From Leidyana gryllorum EB-2025a (Eukaryota; Protista; Apicomplexa), in NCBI GenBank assembly GCA_048772705.1, contig JBLWGC010000097.1, positions 1 through 27,124 on the forward strand: a stretch of 27,124 bases of DNA, given 5' to 3'. Each line of letters opens with the position of its first letter. Position 1 is the stretch's first letter. Both the position numbers and the translations under genes were made by a program. The notes beneath the pieces were generated by a model. The model made no database searches, was not told where the DNA came from, and saw only the letters and a program-made list of their open reading frames with translations. Below, piece by piece: positions 24,709 through 27,124 of the stretch.

Positions 24709-24896
24709 AGTAGAGTGGTGGTTGGCAGACTACTACTCAACCTGATGGGTTTTGCAGACATCGTTGATGGGCCAACTGGAATGAATCTGGCGAAGATTCC
24801 ATGCATATACAACTCAAATCTTGTCTCACCTGTCGGAGCAGCATATCTTAGACAACCTTGAAGAGACGTGGCGTATTGAGTCAACAACTGACAGAC

Positions 24897-24968
24897 GGGC
24901 TGTTCTGGGAATCGAACCCAGGACTCCTTCCACCCTAAGGAAGGATCATACCACTAGACCAAACAGCC
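24897..24968 (-). tRNA. tRNA-Pro-AGG: tRNA-Pro(AGG)
   Basis: Intact. Confidence 0.95.
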
Positions 24969-25056
24969 GACTGGTCGGTGGTGCAAATTGCTGGTAGAGT
25001 TGGGACACTGGTCATAATATGTCAAGAACCACTAAATGCTATAGTGTCTGCAAAGC

Positions 25057-25129
25057 GGGCCACTAGCTCAAATGACATAGCACTCGCTTAACATGCTAGA
25101 GATACTGGGATCGATGCCCAGGTCGTCCA
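25057..25129 (+). pseudogene. tRNA-Ala, damaged
   Basis: D-arm and anticodon arm eroded. Confidence 0.7.
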
Positions 25130-25204
25130 AGCCTCTAACGGCTGCACCCGCGGTATATGAAAACAGAGTCACGACCGAAGGAGTTGATGCCCGATCACAT
25201 CGCA

Positions 25205-25286
25205 CGACAACTGCTGGATTTGAACCAGCGCGGGCCCGGCCCAGTAGATTTCGAGTCTACCCCCTTAACCACTTGGGCAAGTTGCC
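25205..25286 (-). tRNA. tRNA-Ser-CGA: tRNA-Ser(CGA)
   Basis: Two changes versus 795. Confidence 0.87.
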
Positions 25287-25294
25287 AACGATAA

Positions 25295-25896
25295 TGTTGT
25301 AACCCCAAGTCGCTACTCAAGGGGAACGAGGCCCAGTTCTCATCTCTGCATACTTTCGACCACAAGTCAGACTTAGAACCAAGTTAGTATTTTTGCCGAC
25401 AAGTCTACCACGAATATGTCGCACACGACGGCGCAAAACAAGAGCTACGACTTGTTGTACCAAGTGCAAAAGTTATCTTAGGCCGCCTCTTGCCTAGTCC
25501 AACTCTGACTTAGCCAACTTTGCTTGCGTGTGTCTCTCGCTCTGGTGTCTTTCTCACTCCACCCATGTGCCAGTCGCTCGCACTCTTGCGGAGCCTCGCG
25601 CTGGACACACACGGTAGTTCTCCCCGACACCACACTCTGATCATTCATGTGAGTGTCTGCACAGTTACACTGTCGCAGAGAGCTCCGGCCACTAGGGTGC
25701 ATTTGCCTTTACGCTTTAGTAGTAGTTGCTTTACGTTCGTTAATAATGCCTTTCCACCATCTTATACATGCCCCTATATAAGTGCCAAATATGTAGGGAA
25801 GTATCCAGATGGATGTTAATTCGATTGGGAATTTCACCAAGTCGAATTTGGCCACCCGATAGGAAGTTGACCATCAGGCAAACACGAACTACAACA
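25295..25896. mobile_element. 602-bp solo LTR of an LTR retrotransposon
   Basis: TGTTGTA...TACAACA 7-bp terminal inverted repeat; 5-bp TSD GATAA/GGTAG (3/5); empty site GTTGCCAAC-GGTAG-AACTCGG at ~15869-15889. Confidence 0.85.
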
Positions 25897-25956
25897 GGTA
25901 GAACTCGGCATGCCGCAGGCAGTGGCTTCACATACGGTTCAGCAGCTTGACTCGGA

Positions 25957-26027
25957 GCGGTCGCGCTGTCCGAACCCGCGGTCTCTCCATTGAAAGTCTT
26001 GCGCTCTACCGACGGAGCTGGCGCGGC
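25957..26027 (-). pseudogene. tRNA-Lys-derived relic
   Basis: Copy of 15938-16008. Confidence 0.65.
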
Positions 26028-26094
26028 AAGGAAGCTTGGACTTGGTAAAAAGTTCCTTTCGTATTGGCAACTCTTTATCAAAGATCCACTCACT

Positions 26095-26168
26095 TGGTCA
26101 CGCCCGGGCTCAAACCGGGGACCTTGAGCTTATTAGGCTCACGCTCTAACCGACTGAGCCACGCGACC
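26095..26168 (-). tRNA. tRNA-Ile-AAT: tRNA-Ile(AAT), T-loop C56>T
   Basis: TGAGC-CTAATAA-GCTCA; stems paired; B-box variant. Confidence 0.7.
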
Positions 26169-26276
26169 ACTTCTGCGACGACAGATGGCACCTATTCACG
26201 TACTTGATGCCTCTGCGTCGCCACTGCAATCTCTAGTGTTTTGAGCCCAGCCGCCTACTCCGATGATCGCAGCACA

Positions 26277-26358
26277 CGACAACTGCTGGATTTGAACCAG
26301 CGCGGGCCAGGCCCAGTAGATTTCGAATCTACCCCCTTAACCACTCGGGCAAGTTGCC
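26277..26358 (-). tRNA. tRNA-Ser-CGA: tRNA-Ser(CGA)
   Basis: GTAGA-TTCGAAA-TCTAC. Confidence 0.92.
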
Positions 26359-26467
26359 ACCTGTCGAACTCGGCATTTTGCGGCCAGTGATGTCACATAC
26401 GGTTCAGCAAGCTTGACTAGGACCCCAAACCGTTGTGAAAAAGTGCCAGCGAGTAAGAGATGTCGTC

Positions 26468-26549
26468 GGCAAGGTGGCCGAGTGGTTAAGGCGGCGGCCT
26501 GCTAAGCCGTTGGGTTCCACCCGCGTGAGTTCGAATCTCACCCTTGTCG
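26468..26549 (+). tRNA. tRNA-Ser-GCT: tRNA-Ser(GCT)
   Basis: GCGGC-CTGCTAA-GCCGT, long variable arm, G73. Confidence 0.95.
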
Positions 26550-26706
26550 GTATTATTCGGGGAGAGCGCAACTGGTTGAATGATTGAACTGAGGTTTTTG
26601 CCCGACTCGAATCCAACTCTTGACGCTGGGGTCTGTATACAAGACCCGTGTTGCATGTGTCCAGTTGAGGAAGCGCTAGTCCGACTCTTCTGGGATGGGC
26701 TGAACC

Positions 26707-26776
26707 GGTTGCGTCCTTGGTGGTTAGCACTCGACACTTTGGATTTTCCGACCTGGGTTCGATCCCGGCGCGACCC
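26707..26776 (+). pseudogene. tRNA-Gln(TTG), damaged
   Basis: A-box and anticodon stem broken. Confidence 0.72.
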
Positions 26777-26840
26777 TTGAACTGGTCCTCACTACTCCCT
26801 GAAGCTTCGCCACTTCTCTTGGGCTGCGGGAACCATCCAT

Positions 26841-26913
26841 GCAGCCATGGTCTAGTGGTTACGACGTCTGCTTTACACGCAGAAGGTCCCGAGTTCGATC
26901 CTCGGTGGCTGTA
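26841..26913 (+). tRNA. tRNA-Val-TAC: tRNA-Val(TAC)
   Basis: TCTGC-TTTACAC-GCAGA; intact. Confidence 0.93.
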
Positions 26914-26968
26914 GCTCGCAACTTTCAGCGAGAACCAAAGGAGAGAATCTCAAGGGAAACCAACTGTG

Positions 26969-27040
26969 CTGGGAGACCGGGAAGCGAACCCGGGTCTTCC
27001 GCGTGACAGGCAGAAATACTAACCACTAGACTATCTCGGA
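26969..27040 (-). pseudogene. tRNA-Asp(GTC), damaged
   Basis: Acceptor and B-box substitutions. Confidence 0.75.
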
Positions 27041-27124
27041 CGCTCTGAACACGCCGGCCTCCAACCCCAAGAGCCCTTCCATTTTGTTGTGCAGACCCCC
27101 TCGCATTTTGTTGATTCTCAACAT

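Larger units (their letters stand above)
1..27124. repeat. Scrambled multi-isotype tRNA gene array (mosaic of duplicated tRNA-spacer modules)
   Basis: About 150 tRNA-like loci; spacers recur in several copies in both orientations; array runs off both window ends. Confidence 0.95.

Noticed and set aside
25478-25950. ORFs inside the 602-bp insert as gag or pol remnants
   Set aside because: No zinc-knuckle, protease, RT or integrase motifs; size and termini fit a solo LTR.
414-26914. All ORFs in the six-frame track (60-157 aa)
   Set aside because: They are translations of tRNA genes and their antisense (recurring GSIPG, GIEPG, GFEP motifs from the T-arm), overlap on both strands and show no recognisable protein domain.
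1-27124. Bacterial, phage or organellar tRNA array
   Set aside because: No encoded CCA, eukaryotic initiator signature, many A34 anticodons, His A73 without G-1, both-strand layout and LTR-type inserts.
1-27124. CRISPR array or simple tandem satellite
   Set aside because: The repeats are tRNA bodies of many types, spacers recur rather than being unique, and there is no fixed period.

Overview
No credible protein-coding gene. The whole 27.1 kb is an extremely dense eukaryotic nuclear-type tRNA gene field: about 150 recognisable tRNA genes, pseudogenes and fragments by manual reading (about 1 per 180 bp), on both strands. Eukaryotic hallmarks: no encoded CCA; initiator tRNA with A1:U72 and GATCGAAAC T-loop; A34 anticodons AGC/AGT/AGG/AGA/AAC/AAG/AAT/ACG; His with A73 and no encoded G-1; Tyr with an intron at 37/38. 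All 20 amino acids and 41 of the 46 standard eukaryotic anticodon types occur, some only as damaged copies. The field is not a simple tandem array. It is a scrambled mosaic of reused tRNA-spacer modules in direct and inverted orientation, with breakpoints inside tRNA genes, frequent wobble-position swaps between paralogous slots, several anticodon-shifted bodies, almost no oligo-T terminators, and two solo-LTR-like insertions just upstream of tRNA genes. The host is not identifiable from the sequence (a protist is a guess). Coordinates and intact/pseudo calls were made by eye; pseudogene ends are approximate.
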